64,000 nt of DNA from positions 57,233 to 121,232 of the forward strand of contig CP066690.1 in assembly GCA_016432465.1 (NCBI GenBank), written 5' to 3'. The DNA is from Candidatus Sungiibacteriota bacterium. GTDB lineage: Bacteria; Patescibacteriota; Minisyncoccia; Sungbacterales; HO2-52-23. This document shows, one piece after another, positions 50,505 to 59,879 of the stretch. The translations under genes and the position numbers were made by a program. The notes under the pieces are model-generated. The model had not been told where the DNA came from, did not search any database, and saw only the letters and a program-made list of their open reading frames with translations. Each line of letters opens with the position of its first letter. The first letter of the stretch is position 1.

Positions 50505-51554
50505 TCAAACTTTAATAATTTCTTCCCAAGGAAGATCCGGCTTTCCAAAATGTCCGTAAGCCGCGGTCTTTCTATATATAGGACGGCGCAGACCCAACCT
50601 CTCAATAATGGCCTTGGGACGGAAGTCAAATCTCTGCCGTACCCATGACCCCAAATCCTTGCCACTACCGGTTTCAGCATGCACCATAAGAGGTTCTGCC
50701 CGTCCAATAGCATAAGCTACAGACACCAGGCAATCTTTTCCAAGGCCGTTGGCCACAATGTTTTTCGCCACAAAACGCGCCATATAAGCGGCGGAACGGT
50801 CAACTTTGGTTGGATCTTTGCCGGACCAGGCGCCTCCGCCATGGGGCACCAGACCTCCATAACTATCCACCATAAGCTTGCGTCCCGTAAGACCCGTATC
50901 TGCGGTAAAACCGCCCACGGTAAATTTTCCAGTGGGATTTACCAATATTTCTACTCCGTCTAAATCCCCTAAAACAGGCCCTATTAACTTTTTAGTAAGC
51001 GCGTCCTTAATCTCTCCCTGCGCAATAGAATCTTCGTGCTGGCAGGATACAAGAACCGCACTTATGCGACCATCCTGCATAGTGACTTGTGACTTACCGT
51101 CCGGCCCAAGCCAAAAACATTCCGGATCGTTCCTGCGCAGCTCTTCAAGACCCTTGGTCAGCTTGTGGACAAGAGACACGGCACAAGGTAAAAACTCCGG
51201 GGTTTCGTCTGTAGCATACCCGTACATAATCCCCTGATCCCCGGCTCCACCCGTATCCACTCCTTGAGCAATATCAGGAGACTGCTGAATAATATTAGTA
51301 ATAATATTAAGGATATCTTTGTACCCAATATCGCCGTAAAGAGTCTGGGCAAGTTTGGCGGCCTCAACCTTGCCTTGAGAGGTGACCTCCCCGCCGACCA
51401 CCAAAAGGCCATGAGATCCAAAAGTCTCCATGGCCACGCGTGAATATGGATCCTGCGCAATATAGGCGTCTAAAATCGCGTCTGAAACCTGATCGCAAAT
51501 TTTATCGGGGTGACCGGAAGTTACGCTCTCTACGGTGTAGGTTGTTTTTGGCAT
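50505..51554 (-). CDS. metK: S-adenosylmethionine synthetase
   Basis: ESVTSGHPDK, GAGDQG, DTGLTGRK, SGKDPTKVDRS; start ATG 51554. Confidence 0.96.
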   Translation of the reverse strand: MPKTTYTVESVTSGHPDKICDQVSDAILDAYIAQDPYSRVAMETFGSHGLLVVGGEVTSQGKVEAAKLAQTLYGDIGYKDILNIITNIIQQSPDIAQGVDTGGAGDQGIMYGYATDETPEFLPCAVSLVHKLTKGLEELRRNDPECFWLGPDGKSQVTMQDGRISAVLVSCQHEDSIAQGEIKDALTKKLIGPVLGDLDGVEILVNPTGKFTVGGFTADTGLTGRKLMVDSYGGLVPHGGGAWSGKDPTKVDRSAAYMARFVAKNIVANGLGKDCLVSVAYAIGRAEPLMVHAETGSGKDLGSWVRQRFDFRPKAIIERLGLRRPIYRKTAAYGHFGKPDLPWEEIIKV

Positions 51555-51562
51555 AACGATAT

Positions 51563-51947
51563 AAAAAATCCCTTCGCAAAAAGGGCTAGATAAAAATTTA
51601 TCTTCCCCATCTTGCTTAGTGGGCCGGACTTGGCACCCAGCTCTTTGATGATACGGCATAAACTACGTTACACCACTGAACGTCATCAAAGGTACACACC
51701 CTTTGTCGTCCATAAATCCCCCCACCTTCCCAGAATACCCCGCAACTTAGGAAGTCAGACTTCCCTTGCTGCGAGGATGAATGGGTGTCGTAGAAATCCT
51801 TCCCGCGGGGTCCACTACCCCGCCGGGAAGGTGGGGGGATAAACTCAAAAGGGTTGGGTTGTCGGCGGGTTAAAGGGCCGGTTCCCTCGCCCTCTGTAAT
51901 CCCGTTGAAAACGGGACGAAGCAGGGCTTACCGCACTCTTGATAAAT
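51563..51947 (-). promoter_or_regulatory. SAM-I (S-box) riboswitch with large insertions, plus terminator
   Basis: minus strand: TTATCAAGAG...GAGGGA.CCGGCCC...CGACAACC...GGTGCCAAGTCC...GAAGATAA, then hairpin plus T-tract before metK. Confidence 0.8.
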
Positions 51948-52050
51948 CAAAGCTATTTAATTTTATCTTACTATAAATTAAAACTTATACTCTGCAAGAA
52001 AGGTTATCCACAATAATATCAAAAAGGGTTCGCAGAAGCGAACCGCAATT

Positions 52051-52914
52051 TTAGACCAGATAGCGCTCAATGTAACCGCTGACAAAACTGATATACTCTG
52101 CAATAGTTTCTTTTTCTTTTCCTTCCTCTCCGCGCGCCGCCTGTAAAGTAAAACTCCCTCTATATCCTATTTCACCCAGTCCCCGGAACAGCCGCTCAAA
52201 ATTTGCATGCCCGCCTCCCAAAGGAACTGTTCCTCCGCCCAAAATCCTATCTTTGATATGAACATTAGAGATGTATTCTCCCAATACAGTAATTTCTTCA
52301 TAGCTATCATACCCCAAAGAAGCACTATTGCCGCTGTCGTAGGTCAACGCCAGCGCCGGATGGCTAATCGTCTCCACCAAAGCCAGCAGTTTACGGGGTG
52401 GTAAATCCGTTTCCAAACTCAATTGAACTTCGGATTGATGGGCAAAATCAAGACCAGTGCGGAGAAAATCAATGAATTTTTTTTCATCCGCCTCCGTTCT
52501 CAAGGAGGACTTTTCCAAAAGAGGAATTTCAACGCTGCTTGCACCGATTTCTAAAGCCGCCTGTATCAATTCTCTCAACACCTTTTCATTTTCTTTTCTC
52601 TGTGCCCTGTCTCCAACAAAAGGCGTCTGTCTCATGAAAAAATCGGCACAAATGTGACGCACCAATACATTGTGTTCACCAATCAATTCCCTTATGCGCG
52701 CTCTGCCCTCGGAACTCATCAGCGGATTCTCCGCAGAACGCTCCAGGTCAAAAATAAACTCAATAGCGTCAAGTCCTAACTTGGCGGCAAGGCCAAACTC
52801 TTTTTCCCACTCCTCAAACGGGAAAAACTGAATCCCGCGTCCCCGCGATGGAATCAAACGACCCTGCATAACACCCAGCTTAAGTTCCAGCCGCCGGGAA
52901 CCACTTACCAGCAT
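52051..52914 (-). CDS. sugar phosphate isomerase/epimerase (xylose isomerase-like TIM barrel)
   Basis: GVMQGRL, LETD, YDSGN, VHIKDR; start uncertain. Confidence 0.85.
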   Translation of the reverse strand: MLVSGSRRLELKLGVMQGRLIPSRGRGIQFFPFEEWEKEFGLAAKLGLDAIEFIFDLERSAENPLMSSEGRARIRELIGEHNVLVRHICADFFMRQTPFVGDRAQRKENEKVLRELIQAALEIGASSVEIPLLEKSSLRTEADEKKFIDFLRTGLDFAHQSEVQLSLETDLPPRKLLALVETISHPALALTYDSGNSASLGYDSYEEITVLGEYISNVHIKDRILGGGTVPLGGGHANFERLFRGLGEIGYRGSFTLQAARGEEGKEKETIAEYISFVSGYIERYLV

Positions 52915-53735
52915 GTTCTCCCTCCATCCATGATAAGATTGGCCCCTGTCATGTAAGAGGAGGCATCGGAGCAAAGAAACAAAATTGCGGCCTGATACTC
53001 ATTAACGTTAGCCATCCTTCCCATAGGAATCAAGCTGACGAGACGCTTCACAAAATCCTCCGGCATACCTTCCTTGTAAACCCCGCCGGGAGAAATCGCA
53101 TTTACTCTTACTCCGCGGTCTGCCCAGTAAGTCGCAAGGTACTTGGTAAGTCCCAAAAGAGCGTGTTTAGTTACGGAATAGGTCACGGGCTTTACGGGCT
53201 GCTGATTTTCAGATAATCCCTGTTCCCTATAAATTCTTTGGTCAGGCGCAATAACGCCCAAATCCGATAAAACGTTCACAATAACACCCCTCCCCAATTC
53301 AGCCATGCGCGAGCCAAGGATCCTGCTCATTAAAAAAGCTCCGGTCACGCCCACAGCAAAATCATCATTCCACTGCTCCAGTGACAAATTCTCAAGTCTT
53401 GTAAGACTTTGTTTACCTTTTTCAACCTGCGGGTTATTGGCGACATTATTTATTAGAATACTGACTTCGCCAACGTCTTCCCTGATTTTCTGATGAACCA
53501 CGTGAATGAGCGGTTCTCTGGTAATATCCAGACAGTAGCACCACACGCTGCTTTGGCCATATTTACTGCGCAACTCATCGGTTTTAACAACAAGGCGCAC
53601 CATATGGTTGTCACAAAGTACAACCCTTCCGCCGCCTTCCAAAATTGCCTCGGCGTGCTTCCCGCCGAGAAACCCCGCCCCGCCGGTAATAACAGCAACA
53701 GCGCCATCAAGACTAAACTTTTTCCAAACGCTCAT
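52905..53735 (-). CDS. short-chain dehydrogenase/reductase
   Basis: TGGAGFLG, YSVTK, RVNAISPGG, DGG. Confidence 0.92.
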   Translation of the reverse strand: MSVWKKFSLDGAVAVITGGAGFLGGKHAEAILEGGGRVVLCDNHMVRLVVKTDELRSKYGQSSVWCYCLDITREPLIHVVHQKIREDVGEVSILINNVANNPQVEKGKQSLTRLENLSLEQWNDDFAVGVTGAFLMSRILGSRMAELGRGVIVNVLSDLGVIAPDQRIYREQGLSENQQPVKPVTYSVTKHALLGLTKYLATYWADRGVRVNAISPGGVYKEGMPEDFVKRLVSLIPMGRMANVNEYQAAILFLCSDASSYMTGANLIMDGGRTCW

Positions 53736-53927
53736 CTTGTCTTACTCCTGTCTAAAATTTGCCTCAAAGAAACTGGTTTAAGTTATAGCAAAAATTTCTA
53801 AATCAGTCAAGTTTTTGAAATGGAAACGCCGCACGGAATGAACACGTGCGGCGTTTGACTACCTGTGTAGGCGGACGAACGGAAGGATCCAAGGACCCCT
53901 GACTTCAGGGCCCGAAGACCCGAGAAC

Positions 53928-54587
53928 CTACTTGGACTTGCGGACGAAGCCGAACCAGTAGCCATCGCTGAACTCGTCGTCGAGCCAGAGGTGGCCGGCC
54001 CCGCGCTCCGACCTATCGAACCAGACATCGGTGACGTTCGGCCTGCCCTGGAAGGAACACTCCTTGAGCGAGATCACGCCCATCGGGTCCATGCCGAGGT
54101 CCTTCGGCAGGTTCGGGCAGTGCTCGCCGATGGCGAATCCAGTGCGTGGGGTGATCGGGACGAGCTTCTGGGACTTGCCCCACAGAGCGGCGGCCCTGCC
54201 ATTCATGTACTTGCCGAAGTTGACCAGAAGGACCTTTTTCAGGCCCGACCCCGTTTTGCTCGGCGGGTACTGGTCACCCATCCTCCAGATGTCCCAACCC
54301 TTGTCGGTATTGGGACCGGCGGCCTTGACCGCCTTGATCCAGTCACGGGACTCGTTGACCGGAACCGCAACGACGTGAATCCGACCGCTCTCCGGGATTT
54401 CAATCCCGTCGGTGGTCACAACCACGACGCTGCCCAGGTTCAGCAGATACCGCGTGAACTCCTCCCCGATGTTGGGGTTCTCGATGATCGCCTGCGCAAC
54501 CCCCGAGGAGACACGAGACCAGTCGGCCTTCGTCCCCAATTTCGCCATGACTTCGTGAGACTGCTTCAGGCTGACCATATTTTCCAT
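53928..54587 (-). CDS. putative DGR-target-like (C-type lectin fold) protein
   Basis: GC-rich codon usage like target 59880-60749; C-terminus ...WLDDEFSDGYWFGFVRK; downstream GC hairpins. Confidence 0.6.
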   Translation of the reverse strand: MENMVSLKQSHEVMAKLGTKADWSRVSSGVAQAIIENPNIGEEFTRYLLNLGSVVVVTTDGIEIPESGRIHVVAVPVNESRDWIKAVKAAGPNTDKGWDIWRMGDQYPPSKTGSGLKKVLLVNFGKYMNGRAAALWGKSQKLVPITPRTGFAIGEHCPNLPKDLGMDPMGVISLKECSFQGRPNVTDVWFDRSERGAGHLWLDDEFSDGYWFGFVRKSK

Positions 54588-54800
54588 GGCTTACCGTCCT
54601 TTCGTTTGGTTGCGGCTCATCCCTTACCTCGCACCATGCGAGGAATCAGGACTGACCATTTGATGCTATTACAATTATAGCATAGGTTATACTTTTTTGC
54701 AAGGAAAATCACATTTTGTCAACTTGACCTCAAATCCTAGATATGCTACTAATGTTTTGACGCCCAATGTCGGGCTCATTCAAAAAACAAGGGGGTTTGT

Positions 54801-55665
54801 ATGGAGTGGGTGTCTCTATGGCTGGTGGTGGCGGTATTTGTTGTGTTTGCCACCTCGTGGAGATTTTCTCATTCGTTCTGGACCGCCATATTTTTAGGTG
54901 GAGTAACAGTGGGGATAGGACTGCTCTTCTCCAAAATTTTCCCTGTACTTTCCGTGCGCGGCCATCGTTGTCTTATCTCTTATAGAGCATGAGCGCACGG
55001 TCAGCGCCGCGTTTTCCGTTATAGCCGCCCTTCTCCTGCTCCAGTTCTTCGGCGACATTAAAATATTTGGTTATATATCCGCGCACCCGTGGTGGTCGCT
55101 CTTTTACGCATTTTTATACTTTCTCGTCGGCGCTCTTTACTCTCTCATCAAATGGTTTCTTTTTGCGCACGACGAGAGGGAAAAAACAGAAAAACTGACA
55201 GAAGAGTTTCTGAAAACAAAGGGTATTAAGGGAACTGTGGTACCGGATGATCTTAAATACGAATGGTATTTCTTTGTTAGGCGAGGGACGCCCGGATCCT
55301 CTAAAAATTATGGATACGAAGATCACCCTACCACCAAATTTCTTAGAGAAAGAGGAATAAGCGGAAATGTCATTCCGGCCGGAATGGAGGGTGAGTACAA
55401 GACTTACGCAGAGGAATTTTACAAATCCAGATATGAAAGGGTGGAAAAACCAACTTTTGCGCCAAGTTACAAAGAACACAAGAAAGAAATAATCCTCTGG
55501 ATTGCACATTGGCCCTGGAGCCTTGCGTGGACACTGATTGACGATCCTATCAAACGGCTTCTTAAGTTCATCTACCGCAAACTTGCCCGCGCCTACGAAG
55601 AAATCGCACGCTACGCCTTCCGGGACGTAGACAAAAAACTTCCCCCCACCACCAAGATACAGTAG
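54801..55665 (+). pseudogene. membrane protein gene split by a frameshift near 54920-54990
   Basis: MEWVSLW... frame stops at 54992; the +1 frame is open 54919-55665 with hydrophobic sequence and no upstream start. Confidence 0.6.
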
Positions 55666-55804
55666 AGTCTAACAACCAAAACCGCGCTTTTCGGCGCGGT
55701 TTTAAATTATATTTCCGTTCTGCAGTGCCCTGAAATTGACACGGTCACTAATTCTGATATATCTTAATTGCTAGACACCGACCTTTGAAAAAGAGAGAAA
55801 AACG

Positions 55805-57520
55805 ATGTCCATTCCGGTAAGGGGTTTTCGCCCCAGACACCCGGCGGATGTGGTGGGCGACATACAACCTAATGAATTTCGCGGTCTTAAAGTTACTTTT
55901 GTTAATATGCCCCTGCGCGAAACAGCCAAACCCCATGTACCTCCGGAAGGGCCGCTGATTCTGGCCGCCATATTACGTCTTTACGGAGCTATCCCCACGA
56001 TTATAGATCTTAACGCCTATAGAATCTGCGACGAAGAAGCCGGCCGACAAGGACTTGTTAACGGCCGGCACCTCACTTTTGAAGAAGCAGAAGATTTGCT
56101 GCGGCTTCATTTTAACCAACAGGGTGAGCAGGACATTGTGGCTTTTTCCGGAATGATAACGACTTTGCGCTGGCAGGAAAAAGTGGCCAAAATGATTCGC
56201 AGACTCCAACCGGATTGTTTTCTGGTTACCGGCAACGGCCTTGCTACAGAACTTAAAGCCGGACTTTTTAACTGGATGCCCGAACTTGACGCTATAGCCC
56301 ATTCAGAGGGCGATGATGTAATGATTGTTATGGCCCGGGATGTTAAAAGAATAAAAGAATTGGGGATGGAGAGGGCGGCGCGCTCGGGTAACTTGAGTCC
56401 TTACTATACGGGAGAAATGGGTGGCCGGCACCGATTTCTTTATGCCGGAGACAGACCCAAAAACCTTGATGCTGTTCCTTTTGGAGCGCTTGATCTTTTG
56501 GAATCCGATCCTTACGGCCGAAATTTGCTGGAAATATATATTACGAATCCGGTGTGGGGACTGGCAGCCAACAACAGTTCCGCCACCGCCTTTACCATGG
56601 AGCGAAGCTTAACCACAGTAAGTTCCCGCGGATGCCCTTATGCCTGCGCTTTCTGCTATCGCGGCGCGCAGGGTGAAAGAAACTATGGCATGCGCTCGGT
56701 CAATCATATAGCGCGCCAAATCCGTGAGTTTATGGACCGCTATAACATTGACTTTGTTGGTTTTCCGGATGACAATTTTGCCATTTCCAAACCGCGCTGT
56801 GCCGATTTCCCCCGTGTTTTTGCTGAATACGGCATCCGCATCCGTTGGGGCACGCACACGCGACTGGATGAAGCGGATCAGCGTATTATTCCTATGAGCG
56901 AATCGGGCTGTATCTATATTGGTTTTGGGGCAGAATCAGCGTCCGCGCATGTTCTGGGGCTAATGAACAAAGGCGGATTTATTCTGAAAAACGGCTTGAC
57001 GCCCATGCGGGTTCGCGGAAGAGAGTGGCAATTCCCTACTACCATGATAAATGGCATCCGCAACTGCCGCGATGTAGGGATTCACGCCAACTGCACTTGG
57101 ATCATGGCTTATCCCGGTGAGACGCTGGAAGATCTTAAAACCAGCGTTGCCTTTATTCTTTGGCAAGAAGAGCTGATGACCGAAGGACTTATACCCGGCA
57201 CACCGGAATACGAAATGGCCAAAGCAACCGTAAACCGCAAAATGTTTACGGCCACTTCCTACCCCGGAACAGCCATGTTTAGTGATCCTGCGGCGCGCGC
57301 TTTGCTCTCGCAAAACTTCGGAGTTTCTTTTGACGCTTCGGGAGAACCCATCTGTGACGAAGCATTCCACCATTATGTTGTGGAGCTTGATGATGCCACT
57401 AAGGTTTTGCATAATAAAGACGGCGAGCCCCTGAACTTTGGCGCGATGCCCATGGATCAATTTTTGGAAGCACGGGAATATGTTGATCGCGGAGAGATTG
57501 AAAGAATTCTAGAAATGTGA
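55805..57520 (+). CDS. cobalamin-binding radical SAM protein
   Basis: SRGCPYACAFC, DDNF, GFGAESAS, YPGET, YPGT motifs. Confidence 0.9.
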   Translation: MSIPVRGFRPRHPADVVGDIQPNEFRGLKVTFVNMPLRETAKPHVPPEGPLILAAILRLYGAIPTIIDLNAYRICDEEAGRQGLVNGRHLTFEEAEDLLRLHFNQQGEQDIVAFSGMITTLRWQEKVAKMIRRLQPDCFLVTGNGLATELKAGLFNWMPELDAIAHSEGDDVMIVMARDVKRIKELGMERAARSGNLSPYYTGEMGGRHRFLYAGDRPKNLDAVPFGALDLLESDPYGRNLLEIYITNPVWGLAANNSSATAFTMERSLTTVSSRGCPYACAFCYRGAQGERNYGMRSVNHIARQIREFMDRYNIDFVGFPDDNFAISKPRCADFPRVFAEYGIRIRWGTHTRLDEADQRIIPMSESGCIYIGFGAESASAHVLGLMNKGGFILKNGLTPMRVRGREWQFPTTMINGIRNCRDVGIHANCTWIMAYPGETLEDLKTSVAFILWQEELMTEGLIPGTPEYEMAKATVNRKMFTATSYPGTAMFSDPAARALLSQNFGVSFDASGEPICDEAFHHYVVELDDATKVLHNKDGEPLNFGAMPMDQFLEAREYVDRGEIERILEM

Positions 57521-57552
57521 TTTAAAAATTTAAACACCCCACGTACAATTAC

Positions 57553-57933
57553 GTGGGGTTAACTTTCTCCTACTACCAAAGGGCGAGAACACTGTTAAAG
57601 AAAATTATTATAACCACACTATCGGAGGGGGAAATAAAGTATTTTGCCGTGTTGAGGCCAGATGACCAAGCATTTTATCCCGATTTTATATTTCAGCTTA
57701 AAGACGGAAGTATAGGGATACTTGATATTAAATCGGGAAGAACTGCCGAAACTGGAGACGCCGCACCCAGAGCCGAGGCATTACAGAGGTTTATCACGAA
57801 GCAAAATAAGAGCGGCAAAAAGTTAATAGGCGGAATTGCCATTTATGTTAATGGCACTTGGCGATACAACGACAACGAAAAATACGAATATAACCCGAAA
57901 GATTTATCAAAATGGAAGGTGCTGGATTTATAG
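57553..57933 (+). pseudogene. C-terminal fragment of a type III restriction-like endonuclease
   Basis: FYPDFI...ILDIK PD-(D/E)XK motif without helicase domains. Confidence 0.55.
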
Positions 57934-57955
57934 TGAGTGGTGGAGTGGGGTAACT

Positions 57956-59005
57956 TTATTCACTTAACCAAAACCAGAATTTATTTTTTAATTCATTGCC
58001 AAATTTATGAGTATTCGCATGAGAAAGAACGCCGAGATAAGACTGGAGAGATTGTTCCAGTGTTCGTTTCGTAATAATACCGCTTTTGTATTCAGAAACT
58101 CTTTTATGCAGTTTCCTCAAAATTCGTTGTTTAGTTTTTCTCCGCAACAAGCGATGGTGTGGGAGAACAATATAGCCGAGAAAATCTACGCCCCAGTGCA
58201 ATTTGCGGATACTGACTTTTCTGGGATGAAGTTCCAAAGCCAGCCTATCGTGCAAAAATTTTCTGATTGGTTCAATAAGATTTTCAAGAAAAGTTTTGCT
58301 GTCAGAAATTATTACGAAGTCGTCTGTATAACGAACATAGTTTTTAATCTTCAAGCGGTGTTTAACAAATTGGTCAAACTCGTTGAGATAGATATTAGCA
58401 AAAAGCTGGGAAGTCAGATTGCCGATGGGCAGTCCCTTTGCTTGAAAAAGATTAGAGTATTCGGATTTGAGACTCTCTACGATTTCTTTAAGAACCAACA
58501 TCGCATCGGCGTCTTTGATTCGTTTTACAAGCAGGGTCATAAGAATAGTATGGTCAACCGTCCCAAAAAACTTCTTAATGTCGCATTTAAGAGCGAAGCA
58601 GGGCTTATGAATGTTGTGGCTGACCGCCTTCGTTATGCTGTCCAAAATATCTACTCCTTTATGCGTTCCTTTGCCCACACGACACGACAGCGAATGTGCG
58701 ATAAATGTCGGCTCAAAAATTGGATTAAGGACACTGAAAACTGCGTGGTGGAGCACTCGGTCTCTGACGATAGCTTTGTGAATGTGCCTCTGTTTGGGGT
58801 CTTGAATATAAAACGAAGTATATGTTCCGTGCTTATAATTTTTATTTTTCAAATCCCGATGAAGCTGAAAAATGTTTTGCTCAAACTCCCATTCAAACTC
58901 AACAACATCCCGTTTTTTCTTTTTATCGCTACTAAACTTATCCCACGCCGAAAACAGATTTTCCAGTGAGATGATTTTTCCAAAAACATTTTTATAGATT
59001 TTCAT
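57956..59005 (-). CDS. DGR reverse transcriptase
   Basis: DPKQRHI, RDRVLHHA, CDIKKFF, GLPIGNLTSQLFANIYL, RYTDD, GVDFLGY; likely start ATG 59005. Confidence 0.95.
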   Translation of the reverse strand: MKIYKNVFGKIISLENLFSAWDKFSSDKKKKRDVVEFEWEFEQNIFQLHRDLKNKNYKHGTYTSFYIQDPKQRHIHKAIVRDRVLHHAVFSVLNPIFEPTFIAHSLSCRVGKGTHKGVDILDSITKAVSHNIHKPCFALKCDIKKFFGTVDHTILMTLLVKRIKDADAMLVLKEIVESLKSEYSNLFQAKGLPIGNLTSQLFANIYLNEFDQFVKHRLKIKNYVRYTDDFVIISDSKTFLENLIEPIRKFLHDRLALELHPRKVSIRKLHWGVDFLGYIVLPHHRLLRRKTKQRILRKLHKRVSEYKSGIITKRTLEQSLQSYLGVLSHANTHKFGNELKNKFWFWLSE

Positions 59006-59008
59006 AAT

Positions 59009-59359
59009 ATGGATGATTTTGATATACCAATTTTCAAAATAACTTACGAGCTGTATAAGGAGTTTTATGCTTACCGAAATAATGTTAAGAAACAAGACCG
59101 CCATACGCTTTGGCAGAGATGCGAAAACATTACTTTAGATGTGTTGGAAAATTTGCTTTGGGCAAGTCAGCTTTCAAAGACTGAAAAACTACCCGTGTTA
59201 GAAAAAACCAGCGTCAAACTAAACTTTCTGCGAGTGTTCTTACGGCTTTGTAAAGAAGTAAAAGTTATTGATGTCAACAAATACATTAAGTGGCAGGAGA
59301 CGGTTGATGAAATCGGAAGACAGCTTGGTGGTTGGATTAGGTCAACTAAAGAGCGTTAA
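59009..59359 (+). CDS. avd: DGR accessory variability determinant (four-helix bundle)
   Basis: IPIF...Y.LYK, KQDRHTL, L..LR.FLRL, EIGRQLGGWI; lies between TR and RT. Confidence 0.9.
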   Translation: MDDFDIPIFKITYELYKEFYAYRNNVKKQDRHTLWQRCENITLDVLENLLWASQLSKTEKLPVLEKTSVKLNFLRVFLRLCKEVKVIDVNKYIKWQETVDEIGRQLGGWIRSTKER

Positions 59360-59409
59360 ATGAAATACCCTCGGAAAGGAGGGTATTTCACATTGACGGA
59401 GAATGACTG

Positions 59410-59524
59410 CCGAGAGGCGGCCAGACCGATGTTGTAGTTGCGGTTGTCGTCCCAGTAGTTGTTGACATTGAGACCGTTCTCGTCGAAGTTGCCGACATTG
59501 ACACGGTTGCCGTCCGAAGTGACA
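59410..59524 (-). ncRNA. DGR template repeat (TR)
   Basis: 115-bp near-copy of 59889-60003, rich in AAC/AAT codons; all 13 differences at TR adenines. Confidence 0.95.
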
Positions 59525-59801
59525 TAGTTTGCCCATCCTCGTCCGTGGCACTGGAAATTGAGGTTTACTGCCATAAAGCTTATATCCTCTCCTTCCTGTA
59601 TTTTATTCGGGAGCAATCGATAGTATCGCTATCTCCACTAAAGATGAGCAAGAAGTTCTATCTCCATCTGGTTCACGCGCTATCGTAACCCGTAGGCGAC
59701 GATACTCTGGTGAAATCTCAAAGATGAGATGTCCTGCGAGGTGAAACCATAGCCGCACCTGCATTAGCAGAACATTTACAGAATAACTTTTTGAAAAACA
59801 A

Positions 59802-59870
59802 AAGAAAAGAGCCTCCGCCGAAAAAAATCGGACGGAGGCTCTAGGTTTCAAGAGGGTCAAGCCCTCAAGA
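59802..59870 (-). terminator. post-VR hairpin and intrinsic terminator
   Basis: GAGGG-CTTGA-CCCTC hairpin and AGAGCCTCCG...CGGAGGCTCT plus T-tract downstream of the target stop. Confidence 0.7.
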
Positions 59871-59879
59871 CTTCAAGGT

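Noticed and set aside
51555-51659. N-terminal extension of MetK
   Set aside because: Overlaps the riboswitch and terminator; MetK homology begins at MPKTTYTVESV
58007-58969. 320-aa ORF antisense to the RT
   Set aside because: No recognisable motifs; typical antisense shadow
59342-59616. ORFs overlapping the TR (86 aa and 69 aa)
   Set aside because: Shadow translation of the non-coding template repeat; Asn-rich because of AAC codons
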